Of a stretch of 49,754 nucleotides of DNA, positions 26,932 through 35,804 are shown piece after piece. Both the position numbers and the translations under genes were made by a program. The first letter of the stretch is position 1; each line of letters opens with the position of its first letter. The stretch is from assembly GCA_947175555.1 (NCBI GenBank), contig CAMWNK010000004.1, forward strand, positions 1 to 49,754, read 5' to 3'. The stretch is from an uncultured Clostridia bacterium (lineage in GTDB: Bacteria; Bacillota; Clostridia; Christensenellales; UBA3700). The notes under the pieces were generated by a model. That model made no database searches. It saw only the letters and a list, made by a program, of their open reading frames with translations, and was not told the DNA's origin.

Positions 26932-28197
26932 ATGGCATTGATTATCAATAACGTTACGTATAAAGGTAAAGTAGTCAACCTGATAGCAGAGGACGGCATA
27001 ATAGTTTCCGTTGGCAAACGCACGCGCAAGGCGGGAGTGAAAGATACCGTAATAGACGGCACTTCGCTCACTCTGATGCCCGCGTTCATAGACATGCACG
27101 TACATTTGCGCGAGCCGGGATTTGAGTATAAAGAAGATATCCAAAGCGGTTGCATGGCGGCGGTTAAAGGCGGCTTTTCCGCAGTGTGCTGCATGCCTAA
27201 TACGCGTCCGGTAACGGATAATAAATATATCGTACAGTATATCTTGGATAAGGCTGCTAAGCTCGACATTGCTAAGGTATATCCTATCGCTGCGATAACG
27301 GTAGGCCTGGAAGGTAAAGAACTTACTAAGATGAACGCGTTACACGAGGCGGGAGCCGTTGCTTTCAGCGATGACGGCGCGCCCGTATCGGACAGTCGCA
27401 TGATGCGCAACGCTCTTGAGTATGCAGGCACTTTCGGCTATACGGTTATTGAGCATTGCGAGGACAAGTCGCTGGTTGCGGGAGGCGTGGTCAATGAGGG
27501 AGCGGTAGCTACACGTCTCGGCTTGCCCGGGATTACGCGCGCTGCCGAGGAAGTTGAGATTGCGCGCAATATAGTGCTTGCCGAGACGCTCGGAGTCAAG
27601 GTCCATATAGCTCACGTCAGTACGGAGGGCGGAGTTCAACTCATACGCGAGGCAAAAAAGAGAGGCGTAAAAGTTACTTGCGAGACGTGCCCTCACTACT
27701 TTGCTCTCACCGATGAAATACTCGAGGGCTACGATACGGCTGCAAAGGTCAATCCCCCTATCAGAGAGGAGCGCGACAGACAGGCTATTATCCGCGGCAT
27801 AGTAGACGGTACAATAGACTGCATTGTTACCGATCACGCGCCGCATAGCGCGGCGGACAAGGCGCAAGGCTACCTTGACGCGCCCAGCGGAATAAGCGGA
27901 CTGGAGACGTCGTTTGCAGTGTCTTATACCGCGCTTGTAGATTGCGGATACATTACGCTGGATAGGCTTAGCGAGCTGATGACGTATGCGCCCGCGCGCA
28001 TTCTGTCGCTGCCTTGCGGTAGGATAGAAAGGGGCGGAGTAGCCGACCTTGCGCTCGTCAATCTCAACGCTTCATACGCTGTGGATTCGTCCAAGTTTTT
28101 AAGTAAAGGCAAGAACACTCCCTTCAACGGTTACGCCGTAAAAGGAGAGGTGAAATATACGATAGTAGGCGGAAAAGTCAAATATTCTCGTCGTTAG
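26932..28197 (+). CDS. pyrC: Dihydroorotase
   Basis: Motifs: DMHVHLREPG, HIAHVST, TDHAPH. Confidence 0.95.
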   Translation: MALIINNVTYKGKVVNLIAEDGIIVSVGKRTRKAGVKDTVIDGTSLTLMPAFIDMHVHLREPGFEYKEDIQSGCMAAVKGGFSAVCCMPNTRPVTDNKYIVQYILDKAAKLDIAKVYPIAAITVGLEGKELTKMNALHEAGAVAFSDDGAPVSDSRMMRNALEYAGTFGYTVIEHCEDKSLVAGGVVNEGAVATRLGLPGITRAAEEVEIARNIVLAETLGVKVHIAHVSTEGGVQLIREAKKRGVKVTCETCPHYFALTDEILEGYDTAAKVNPPIREERDRQAIIRGIVDGTIDCIVTDHAPHSAADKAQGYLDAPSGISGLETSFAVSYTALVDCGYITLDRLSELMTYAPARILSLPCGRIERGGVADLALVNLNASYAVDSSKFLSKGKNTPFNGYAVKGEVKYTIVGGKVKYSRR

Positions 28198-28207
28198 GAG
28201 GACAGAT

Positions 28208-29563
28208 ATGGTAATAGACAGATTGATAGATGCAATCAAGGCTAAGGATAATAATCCTTCCGTAATCGGATTGGATACGTGCGTTGAGTATTTGCCCGAC
28301 GACGTGCAAGAAAAGTGCGTCAATCTCAGCGAGAGCGGCAAGCGCATAGCCGACTTCAACTTTAAGCTCATAGATGCGCTTAAGGATGTTATACCCGCGG
28401 TTAAGGTGCAGGTAGCTTATTACGAGCAGTACGGCGTAGAGGGTATGGCGGCGTTCCGCGATACGCTTGCGTATGCTAAGCAGGCAGGACTTATGACCAT
28501 CGCCGACGTAAAGCGTAACGATATCGGCTCGACGGCGTCTGCGTATGCTAAGGGATACTTGATACCGGGCGCGCCGTTTGAAAGCGACTTTATTACGGTC
28601 AACGGCTATCTCGGCAGCGACGGAGTCAAGCCTTTCGTAGACCAATGCAAGGCTAACGATAAGGGAATATTCGTGCTTGTCAAGACGTCCAATCCCACGT
28701 CTGGAGAGCTTCAGGATAAGCAGTTTGCAGGCGGCGGCACGCTGTACGACGCTATGGCGGGACTTACCGATACTTGGGGCGAGGAGCTCGTGGGCAAGTA
28801 CGGTTACAGCGGAGTAGGCGCGGTAGTGGGCGCGACACACAGACGTCAGGCTGAACTTATACGCGCGGCGCATCCTCATCTATTCTTCCTCATCCCCGGC
28901 TACGGCGCTCAAGGCGGTATGGCGGCGTTCCGCGATACGCTTGCGTATGCTAAGCAGGCAGGACTTATGACCATCGCCGACGTAAAGCGTAACGATATCG
29001 GCTCGACGGCGTCTGCGTATGCTAAGGGATACTTGATACCGGGCGCGCCGTTTGAAAGCGACTTTATTACGGTCAACGGCTATCTCGGCAGCGACGGAGT
29101 CAAGCCTTTCGTAGACCAATGCAAGGCTAACGATAAGGGAATATTCGTGCTTGTCAAGACGTCCAATCCCACGTCTGGAGAGCTTCAGGATAAGCAGTTT
29201 GCAGGCGGCGGCACGCTGTACGACGCTATGGCGGGACTTACCGATACTTGGGGCGAGGAGCTCGTGGGCAAGTACGGTTACAGCGGAGTAGGCGCGGTAG
29301 TGGGCGCGACACACAGACGTCAGGCTGAACTTATACGCGCGGCGCATCCTCATCTATTCTTCCTCATCCCCGGCTACGGCGCTCAAGGCGGTAAGGCGGA
29401 GGACCTTGCGGTCTGCTTTAAGGATGGCATAGGCGGTATAGTCAACAGCTCGCGCGGTATACTTTGCGCTTATCGCAAAGATAAATACTTATCGCTCGAT
29501 TTTGCTCAGGCGGCGCTCAAGGCGGCTATTGATATGAAAGAGGACATCAAGGCTTATCTATGA
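28208..29563 (+). CDS. pyrF: Orotidine-5'-phosphate decarboxylase (type 2) carrying an internal 158-codon tandem duplication
   Basis: Type-2 PyrF N-terminus (NPSVIGLD) and the catalytic motif ADVKRNDIG, present twice. The protein is 451 aa, versus about 293 aa if one repeat unit is removed. Confidence 0.85.
   Translation: MVIDRLIDAIKAKDNNPSVIGLDTCVEYLPDDVQEKCVNLSESGKRIADFNFKLIDALKDVIPAVKVQVAYYEQYGVEGMAAFRDTLAYAKQAGLMTIADVKRNDIGSTASAYAKGYLIPGAPFESDFITVNGYLGSDGVKPFVDQCKANDKGIFVLVKTSNPTSGELQDKQFAGGGTLYDAMAGLTDTWGEELVGKYGYSGVGAVVGATHRRQAELIRAAHPHLFFLIPGYGAQGGMAAFRDTLAYAKQAGLMTIADVKRNDIGSTASAYAKGYLIPGAPFESDFITVNGYLGSDGVKPFVDQCKANDKGIFVLVKTSNPTSGELQDKQFAGGGTLYDAMAGLTDTWGEELVGKYGYSGVGAVVGATHRRQAELIRAAHPHLFFLIPGYGAQGGKAEDLAVCFKDGIGGIVNSSRGILCAYRKDKYLSLDFAQAALKAAIDMKEDIKAYL
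28442..29389 (+). repeat. Perfect direct tandem repeat, 2 x 474 bp, inside pyrF
   Basis: 28442-28915 and 28916-29389 read identically. The repeated translation is identical in both the sense frame and an antisense frame. Confidence 0.95.
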
Positions 29564-30318
29564 AAGATTATTTATTGACCGTTAAGGATAACCGCAAGGT
29601 GGCGGACGGCGTATATGAGATGAATCTTTACGCGCCCGACATGCCCGAGCTTAAGGGCGGACAGTTTATACATATTGCTCTTAAAGATAACTCGCGCATA
29701 TTGCGCAGACCTATATGTATCTGCGACTATTGTCAAGGCGTATTGACGATATGCTATGCGCTGGTCGGCGAGGGCACGAGGCAGATGTCCGAGCTCAAGG
29801 GTGGCGACACGGTTAAGGCTATGTATCCGCTGGGTAACGGTTGGAGTGCAGAGGGATATAAGAAAGTGGCATTGCTCGGCGGCGGACTGGGCTGCGCTGT
29901 ATTGCCGCTTGTCGCCCGTCTCAATCCCGAGTGCGAGTTTAACGCATACATGGGCTTTGCCGACGTGTCGAAAGTTGTGTTGGAAGAGCGCATGAAATCG
30001 CTGTGTCCCACTACGGTAACTACCGATAACGGCACTTACGGGCGCAAAGGCTTTGTAACGGACGCTTTGGCGGCAGACCTTGCCGCAGTTAAGCCCGATG
30101 CGATTTTCTGTTGCGGACCTGAGGTTATGTTCAAGTCTATCGCGCGCAATCCCGCTTTTGCCAATATTCCCATATACGTTTCGCTCGAGGCGCGCATGGG
30201 TTGCGGACTGGGCGCATGTCTTGTATGCACGTGCGGCATACGCACGGCTGACGGCGACAAAAATCTGCGCGTATGCGCCGACGGTCCCGTATTCAAGCTC
30301 GACGAGGTGATATTATGA
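29560..30318 (+). CDS. pyrK: Dihydroorotate dehydrogenase electron-transfer subunit (FAD/[2Fe-2S])
   Basis: RRPICI, and the C-terminal CGLGACLVCTC....C cluster. Overlaps pyrF and pyrD. Confidence 0.9.
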   Translation: MKDYLLTVKDNRKVADGVYEMNLYAPDMPELKGGQFIHIALKDNSRILRRPICICDYCQGVLTICYALVGEGTRQMSELKGGDTVKAMYPLGNGWSAEGYKKVALLGGGLGCAVLPLVARLNPECEFNAYMGFADVSKVVLEERMKSLCPTTVTTDNGTYGRKGFVTDALAADLAAVKPDAIFCCGPEVMFKSIARNPAFANIPIYVSLEARMGCGLGACLVCTCGIRTADGDKNLRVCADGPVFKLDEVIL

Positions 30319-31220
30319 ATACAGGCGTAGAGATAGCCGGCGTTAAGTTTAAGAACCCTATTATTACCGCGAGCGGAACTTTCGGCTTCGGCAAGGAGTA
30401 CAACGAGCTGTATCCGATATCCGCGCTCGGCGGTATATGTACTAAAGGTCTTACGCTTAAAGAGCGCGAGGGCAATGCGTCTCCGAGAATTGCCGAGACG
30501 CCTTCGGGTATTCTCAACAGCGTCGGACTGCAAAATCCCGGGATAGAATATTATCTTGCAGAGTATGACAAGTGGCTTAGCGATTGCGGCACGACGGTAA
30601 TTGCGAATATTGCAGGCTCGAAGCTGGAGGATTACGTGGCGATAGCCGCAAGAATCAACGACAGCAGTGCGGATATGGTAGAGCTTAACATCTCCTGTCC
30701 CAACGTGCGTAGCGGCGGTATAGCCTTTGGCGTTCAGCCCGAAAGCGTGCGCAGAGTTACCGAGGCTGTCAAGAAGGTGTGCAATAAGCCCGTTATTACC
30801 AAGCTCACCCCCAACGTATCCTGCATAGCTGACAATGCCAAGGCAGCCGAGGACGGCGGCGCGGATGCAATATCGCTAATCAATACCATTACGGGTATGG
30901 CGGTGGACTATAAAAGGCGCAGACCTATACTTGCCAATAATACGGGCGGCTTGAGCGGACCTTGTGTCAAGCCGATAGCCCTGCGCATGGTGTGGGAGTG
31001 CTATAACGCGGTAAAAGTACCTATAATCGGACTGGGCGGAATTACGTCATATACCGACGTGCTCGAGTTTATGATATGCGGCGCGCGGGCAGTACAGGTC
31101 GGCACAGCCAATATATCCGATCCGTATGCGGCGCACACCATAGCTCGCGACCTTGAGGAGTATTGCCGTAGTAACGATATTGACGTCAATACGCTCGTGG
31201 GTACGCTCGAGCTTAACTAA
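30315..31220 (+). CDS. pyrD: Dihydroorotate dehydrogenase class 1B catalytic subunit
   Basis: The ATG at 30315 overlaps the pyrK stop (ATGA). Motifs: NPIITASGTFGFG, NISCPN, GGLSG. Confidence 0.92.
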   Translation: MNTGVEIAGVKFKNPIITASGTFGFGKEYNELYPISALGGICTKGLTLKEREGNASPRIAETPSGILNSVGLQNPGIEYYLAEYDKWLSDCGTTVIANIAGSKLEDYVAIAARINDSSADMVELNISCPNVRSGGIAFGVQPESVRRVTEAVKKVCNKPVITKLTPNVSCIADNAKAAEDGGADAISLINTITGMAVDYKRRRPILANNTGGLSGPCVKPIALRMVWECYNAVKVPIIGLGGITSYTDVLEFMICGARAVQVGTANISDPYAAHTIARDLEEYCRSNDIDVNTLVGTLELN

Positions 31221-31259
31221 GTAATCAATACGGTCTTAAGACCTAATAAGGAGAAATAT

Positions 31260-31850
31260 ATGTTGACACAGGAGCAGGCGCTGGACATCTACAGAAAAAC
31301 AGGCGCAATACTTAAAGGACACTTCAGACTCACGTCAGGCAGACATAGCGACACTTACATGCAGAGTGCAAAGCTGTTTGTCGATCCCAAGTCGGCAGAG
31401 CTCGTATGCTCGGCTCTGGCGGAGAAGTTGAATAATGCAGGCATTAAAGCCGACTATGTTGTATCTCCCGCAATAGGCGGAATACTTATGGGTTATGAAG
31501 TAGCCCGTCAGATGGGCTTGCCCAATATATTTGCGGAGAGGGAAGACGGCGTAATGACTTTCCGTCGCGGTTTTTCACTGCCCGAGGGCGCAAAAGTAGT
31601 CGTAGTCGAGGACGTCGTAACCACGGGCGGCTCGGTAAGAGAAGTTATTGCGCTGTGCAAAGAGAGCGGGGCTGAGGTGCAGGCAGTCGCGTCCTTAGTG
31701 GATAGGAGCAGCGGCAAGGTCGACTTCGGCGTCAAGTTTGTCAATCTCATCAGCATGGAAGTTACCTCTTACGAGCCTGAGGAGTGCCCTATCTGCAAAG
31801 AGGGCAAGATAGAGCTTGTCAAGCCGGGCTCAAGGACTTTTAAGAAATAA
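31260..31850 (+). CDS. pyrE: Orotate phosphoribosyltransferase
   Basis: GHFRLTSGRHSD and the PRPP loop VVVVEDVVTTGGS. Confidence 0.92.
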   Translation: MLTQEQALDIYRKTGAILKGHFRLTSGRHSDTYMQSAKLFVDPKSAELVCSALAEKLNNAGIKADYVVSPAIGGILMGYEVARQMGLPNIFAEREDGVMTFRRGFSLPEGAKVVVVEDVVTTGGSVREVIALCKESGAEVQAVASLVDRSSGKVDFGVKFVNLISMEVTSYEPEECPICKEGKIELVKPGSRTFKK

Positions 31851-32336
31851 GTGGATATCTCCAAGCGCGCCCGCCGACTGAGGCTGATAGGTCTTATCGC
31901 GCTTACCGTAATAGTAGCGGTATCGGTGGGGCTGATAATATACTTTGTCGATAAAAAGGACAAGGGCGATCCGCCTCCTACTTATGTTACCGTAGGGATA
32001 GGGGAGCGCGTAGAGTATAACGGTTGCGCCTTTAAGGCGGACAGCGTAGCGTTCTATTCGTCGTTGTCTACGCAATCGGCGGGAGACGGCAGCGTGTATT
32101 GCGCGGTGTTTCTTACAGTAGAGGGCACGCTTGCTAAGCAAGCTGTTACAGTGGATGGACAGGGCGCGTCAGACGGCGACTTTACGCAGTTGCGCGGCTA
32201 TCCTCACGGCGGAGCGTCCATATCCGACGGCTCTGCATATATAGTGTTCAAAGTAGGACGCGAAGGTGAAAAATATCTTACTTGCGGCGGCTATCGCATT
32301 GCGCTCGGCGCGCCGCATAACGTATCGGAGGGATAA
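31851..32336 (+). CDS. Membrane-anchored hypothetical protein (DUF4352-like, tentative)
   Basis: A GTG start directly follows the pyrE TAA. N-terminal basic stretch plus TM helix LIGLIALTVIVAVSVGLIIYFV, then a beta-rich ectodomain. There is no internal Met codon. Confidence 0.55.
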   Translation: MDISKRARRLRLIGLIALTVIVAVSVGLIIYFVDKKDKGDPPPTYVTVGIGERVEYNGCAFKADSVAFYSSLSTQSAGDGSVYCAVFLTVEGTLAKQAVTVDGQGASDGDFTQLRGYPHGGASISDGSAYIVFKVGREGEKYLTCGGYRIALGAPHNVSEG

Positions 32337-33910
32337 TGATACAGGTCAATGATTTATGTCTGCAATTCGGCGGACGCAAGCTGTTCGACGAGGTAAATCT
32401 CAAGTTTACCGACGGCAACTGCTATGGCATAATAGGAGCTAACGGCGCGGGCAAGTCCACATTTCTCAAGGTGCTTTCGGGCGATATCGAGCCTACGCGC
32501 GGCACGGTCGGCTACGGTAAAAATCAGCGTATCAGCGTCCTCAAGCAGAATCAGAACGACTACGACGATTATACGGTGATGCGCACTGTGCTAATGGGGC
32601 ACAAGAGACTGGTCGAGATAATGGACGAGAAGGATGCCTTGTATTGCAAGGAAGACTTTACCGAGGCGGACGGAGAGCGCGCGGCCGAGCTTGAGAATGA
32701 ATTTGCCGAGATGGGCGGCTGGGAAGCGGAGAGCGAGGCGGCATCGTTGCTCAACGCCCTTAAGATAGAAGAGGAGTATCACGAGCGTCTCATGTCCGAG
32801 CTCGATCCCAAGCTCAAGGTGAAGATACTGCTTGCGCAGGCGTTGTTCGGCAATCCCGACATACTTATACTCGACGAGCCTACCAATAACCTTGACGCTA
32901 AGTCGGTCATTTGGCTTGAGAACTTCTTGATGGAATTTAAGAATACTCTCATTATCGTATCGCACAACCGCCACTTCCTCAACAAGGTATGCACGCATAT
33001 TTGCGACGTGGATTACGGCAAGATTAATATGTTCGTGGGCAATTACGACTTCTGGTACGAGACCAATCAGCTGCTTGCCCGTCAGGCAAAAGAGGCTAAT
33101 AAGAAGGCGGAGCAGAGGGCTAAGGAGTTGCAGGACTTTATTGCCAGATTTGCCGCCAATGCCAGCAAGTCGCGTCAGGCTACTTCGCGCAAGAAGGAGC
33201 TGGAGAAGCTCACGCTCAACGATATTAAGCCTTCTCTTCGTCGTTACCCGTACATCAACTTTGACTTTGCTCAAGAGGTGGGCAAGGATGTGCTTACCGT
33301 AGAGGGGCTTACCAAGCGCGGCTACTTTACCGACATATCTTTCACCGTTCAGCGCGGCGAGAAGATAGCTTTTATCAGTGAAAAGACTACGTCTTTAGGT
33401 ATGTTCTTCGACGTGCTGATGGGTAAGGCGGAGGCTGATAGCGGCACTTTCAAGTGGGGCAAGACCATATCTCCTACATACTTGCCTCAGAATTACGACG
33501 ATTATTTCGACGGTTGCAAGCTCTCGCTGGTCGAGTGGCTGGACCGCTTTTCGGACGACCATACCGAGACGTATCTGCGCAGTTGGTTGGGCAGGATGTT
33601 ATTCTCGGGCGACGAGGCTAAGAAGCAGGCAGGAGTGCTGAGCGGAGGAGAAAAGGTGCGTTGCATGCTTGCCAAGCTGATGCTCGAGAGCGGCAATTTC
33701 ATTATCCTTGACGAGCCTACCAATCACCTTGACTTGGAGTCAATCACCGCGCTCAATAAGGGTATGATTAACTTTAAGGGCTCGCTCATGTTCGCAACTC
33801 ACGATCAGGAGCTTATGCAGACCGTAGCGGACAGGATAATCGAGATAGAAGATACTAAAGTGTTCGATAAGCTCACCACTTACGAGGAGTATCTTGACAC
33901 ATTGCAATAA
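32336..33910 (+). CDS. ABC-F family ATPase (two ABC domains, no TM domain)
   Basis: Two Walker A motifs (GANGAGKST and the second-domain equivalent), signature LSGGEK, ILDEPTN twice, and a charged inter-domain linker. Confidence 0.9.
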   Translation: MIQVNDLCLQFGGRKLFDEVNLKFTDGNCYGIIGANGAGKSTFLKVLSGDIEPTRGTVGYGKNQRISVLKQNQNDYDDYTVMRTVLMGHKRLVEIMDEKDALYCKEDFTEADGERAAELENEFAEMGGWEAESEAASLLNALKIEEEYHERLMSELDPKLKVKILLAQALFGNPDILILDEPTNNLDAKSVIWLENFLMEFKNTLIIVSHNRHFLNKVCTHICDVDYGKINMFVGNYDFWYETNQLLARQAKEANKKAEQRAKELQDFIARFAANASKSRQATSRKKELEKLTLNDIKPSLRRYPYINFDFAQEVGKDVLTVEGLTKRGYFTDISFTVQRGEKIAFISEKTTSLGMFFDVLMGKAEADSGTFKWGKTISPTYLPQNYDDYFDGCKLSLVEWLDRFSDDHTETYLRSWLGRMLFSGDEAKKQAGVLSGGEKVRCMLAKLMLESGNFIILDEPTNHLDLESITALNKGMINFKGSLMFATHDQELMQTVADRIIEIEDTKVFDKLTTYEEYLDTLQ

Positions 33911-33935
33911 TATACTGATTCATATTGTTAGTTAT

Positions 33936-33963
33936 TCGGCGTACGCGATGTGCGCCGATTTTT
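33936..33963 (+). terminator. Terminator after the ABC-F gene
   Basis: tcggcgtac-gcgat-gtgcgccga followed by TTTTT. Confidence 0.7.
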
Positions 33964-34145
33964 GTTGATGCGTAGCAATATCGAAGAAGACGAAATTGTA
34001 ATAAAATACTTGATTTCGTTTCCTGATTCCGTGTAGTCGATTAAGGGTAAGCCGCTGATTGGATATGAATGCAATGCAGTTGTATCACAAACAATCTTAT
34101 CATTTCAACTTTACTTATAATTTACAAAAAAAATGTGAAATTTTG

Positions 34146-34174
34146 TTGATTTCCTTAAGCTGCGGTGATATATT
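34146..34174 (+). promoter_or_regulatory. Orphan sigma-70 promoter
   Basis: TTGATT-17 nt-TATATT with an extended -10 TG. No protein-coding ORF lies downstream on this strand. Confidence 0.5.
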
Positions 34175-34180
34175 ATTAAT

Positions 34181-34294
34181 GTCGATTTGAGAGGCGCCCT
34201 CGGGTGATAGGCAGTCGGCATGAATAGCTCATAATTTTCCCCCTTATCATATAGGAAGGCGGTTACTTAATAATAAGTAGCCGCCTTTCTATTT
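34181..34294 (+). ncRNA. Candidate small RNA of about 115 nt, family not recognised
   Basis: Bounded by the promoter above and a 12-bp stem terminator (ggcggttactta-ataa-taagtagccgcc, then TTTCTATTT, 34258-34294). The only ORFs inside encode 3-4 aa. Confidence 0.35.
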
Positions 34295-34384
34295 GCAGTA
34301 GATTTTTGCGCTTATCGCTATAGCGTTGCATTAGCAGTCCGATATGCGGCGTAAGTAATCGTCAATTTACTTAGGTTGCTTGTA

Positions 34385-34413
34385 GGTAAAAAATACGCGC
34401 CTTTATCGGCGCG
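34385..34413 (-). terminator. Terminator of the LOG/LMW-PTP operon
   Basis: cgcgcc-tttatc-ggcgcg, followed on the minus strand by TATTTTTT. Confidence 0.65.
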
Positions 34414-34438
34414 CGATAGGAAGTTGAATTTAACGATT

Positions 34439-34930
34439 TCAGTTGCGGACGGGCAGAGTAAAGTCGCCCGACTTTATTCTTGCAACGCCTTCTTCAATGT
34501 ACTTATCGATTATGCGCATTACTTTTTCGTATCCCTCTTGCGTCTTTTCGAGGAAGGGATCGGGCACCGCCTTATATTCGTGCCCCGCAAACTCCGATAG
34601 ATTGATATACTTATATCTCAGCTTGCGCGGTATAAAAGCCTTGTGCCACTTGGTCATGCCTACTATTACGTCCGCTTCTTCAAATCTGGACGGGAACTTC
34701 CTCACATAAGCGGGACGGTGCATGTCGAGCTCTTCATCGCTAAAGCCTTGCGCTTTGAGCGCGGCTCTTGCCTTGGGGTGGAGACGCTTGCACTGATGAA
34801 AGACCGCGCCGCTTTGCACCCAAGTGATCTTTGCGGCAAGTTCTTCGTCCGAGCTGCGCATACGGTTGAGCATATACTCGCAGTAAGGCGAGCGGCAGAT
34901 GTTGGAAGAGCATACAATCAATATTTTCAT
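34439..34930 (-). CDS. Low-molecular-weight protein-tyrosine phosphatase / ArsC-fold phosphatase
   Basis: P-loop MKILIVCSSNICRSP (C-x5-R-S) and a downstream DP general-acid motif (VPDPF). Confidence 0.82.
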   Translation of the reverse strand: MKILIVCSSNICRSPYCEYMLNRMRSSDEELAAKITWVQSGAVFHQCKRLHPKARAALKAQGFSDEELDMHRPAYVRKFPSRFEEADVIVGMTKWHKAFIPRKLRYKYINLSEFAGHEYKAVPDPFLEKTQEGYEKVMRIIDKYIEEGVARIKSGDFTLPVRN

Positions 34931-34969
34931 ACCGTAATTATACGATATTTTTACCCCGCTTGCAAGCTG

Positions 34970-35533
34970 TTATATTCCGAATTGTATCCCCGTATGATAT
35001 ATGTCGTACTTGTCTATCTTGGATTTGATTATATCAATCATCTCTTCGGGCGTTGCGGCAGGGAATATCATATCGTCCGCATAGTCGTAGCGGTGCTTGC
35101 CATCTAGCTTGCAGCCGGCGAGCCTTGCGCTCCAGCCGTCTACTCCCGTATAGCCTATCACCAGTCTCTTGAGCGACCACGCAAATGCCATTTCGGACAG
35201 CGTGCCCGCGCCGCCGCCCACGGCTACTACCGCAGAGGCATTGGCTACTATCGCGTTGCGGAATACGTCCAATCCCGTGGGTATGACTATGTCCGCGTAT
35301 GCGTTGACGGCGTGCACGTCAAACGACGGCAACAGCGCAACGGTATCTCCCTCGCGATATTTATCGGAAGCATGCGCGCCCTCAAAGGCGGCTTCCATCA
35401 CGCCCTTATGTCCGCCAGATTGCACGCGGTATCCGTTGTCGACGAGCAGCTTGCCCGTAGCGTATGCTAAGTCGTACTTGTGCGAACCGTAATCTATCTT
35501 GGCGTCGCCTACTACGGCAACTATCTTTCTCAT
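34970..35533 (-). CDS. LOG-family / TIGR00725-like Rossmann protein
   Basis: KIVAVVGD.., SGGHKGVMEA, and GGGAGTLSE (LOG motif GGxGTxxE). Confidence 0.75.
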   Translation of the reverse strand: MRKIVAVVGDAKIDYGSHKYDLAYATGKLLVDNGYRVQSGGHKGVMEAAFEGAHASDKYREGDTVALLPSFDVHAVNAYADIVIPTGLDVFRNAIVANASAVVAVGGGAGTLSEMAFAWSLKRLVIGYTGVDGWSARLAGCKLDGKHRYDYADDMIFPAATPEEMIDIIKSKIDKYDIYHTGIQFGI

Positions 35534-35804
35534 ATCCTTCTCCTTACAGCTTGTTGCTGACTAATTATTTTTTACGCGGATTATAAGCCGCATTATATAA
35601 TATATGATACCACAAACTTGCGGGTAATCAACATCAATGTTTGATTTTTATTAAGTTGGTCTCGGATTATACATACTTTCGCGCCTATAATATTACGCGT
35701 TTATATAAAGATTGACAATGAATAAAATAAGTGGGGGATTGATATTGCGCGATGCGCGCCTTTTCTGCTATAATTTAACTATCATTAATTTTTATGGGGC
35801 GATT

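Noticed and set aside
26267-28879. Several 175-223 aa minus-strand ORFs inside pyrB, pyrC and pyrF
   Set aside because: They are antisense to strongly supported pyr genes.
28178-29353. Two minus-strand ORFs (233 and 157 aa) with identical N-termini that look like paralogous genes
   Set aside because: They are antisense shadows of the pyrF tandem duplication rather than genes. I used them only as a second-frame check of the repeat identity.
34187-34235. Mini-ORFs (MSI*, MNSS*) inside the candidate sRNA, considered as leader peptides
   Set aside because: They encode only 3-4 codons, have no RBS, and have no downstream regulated gene.
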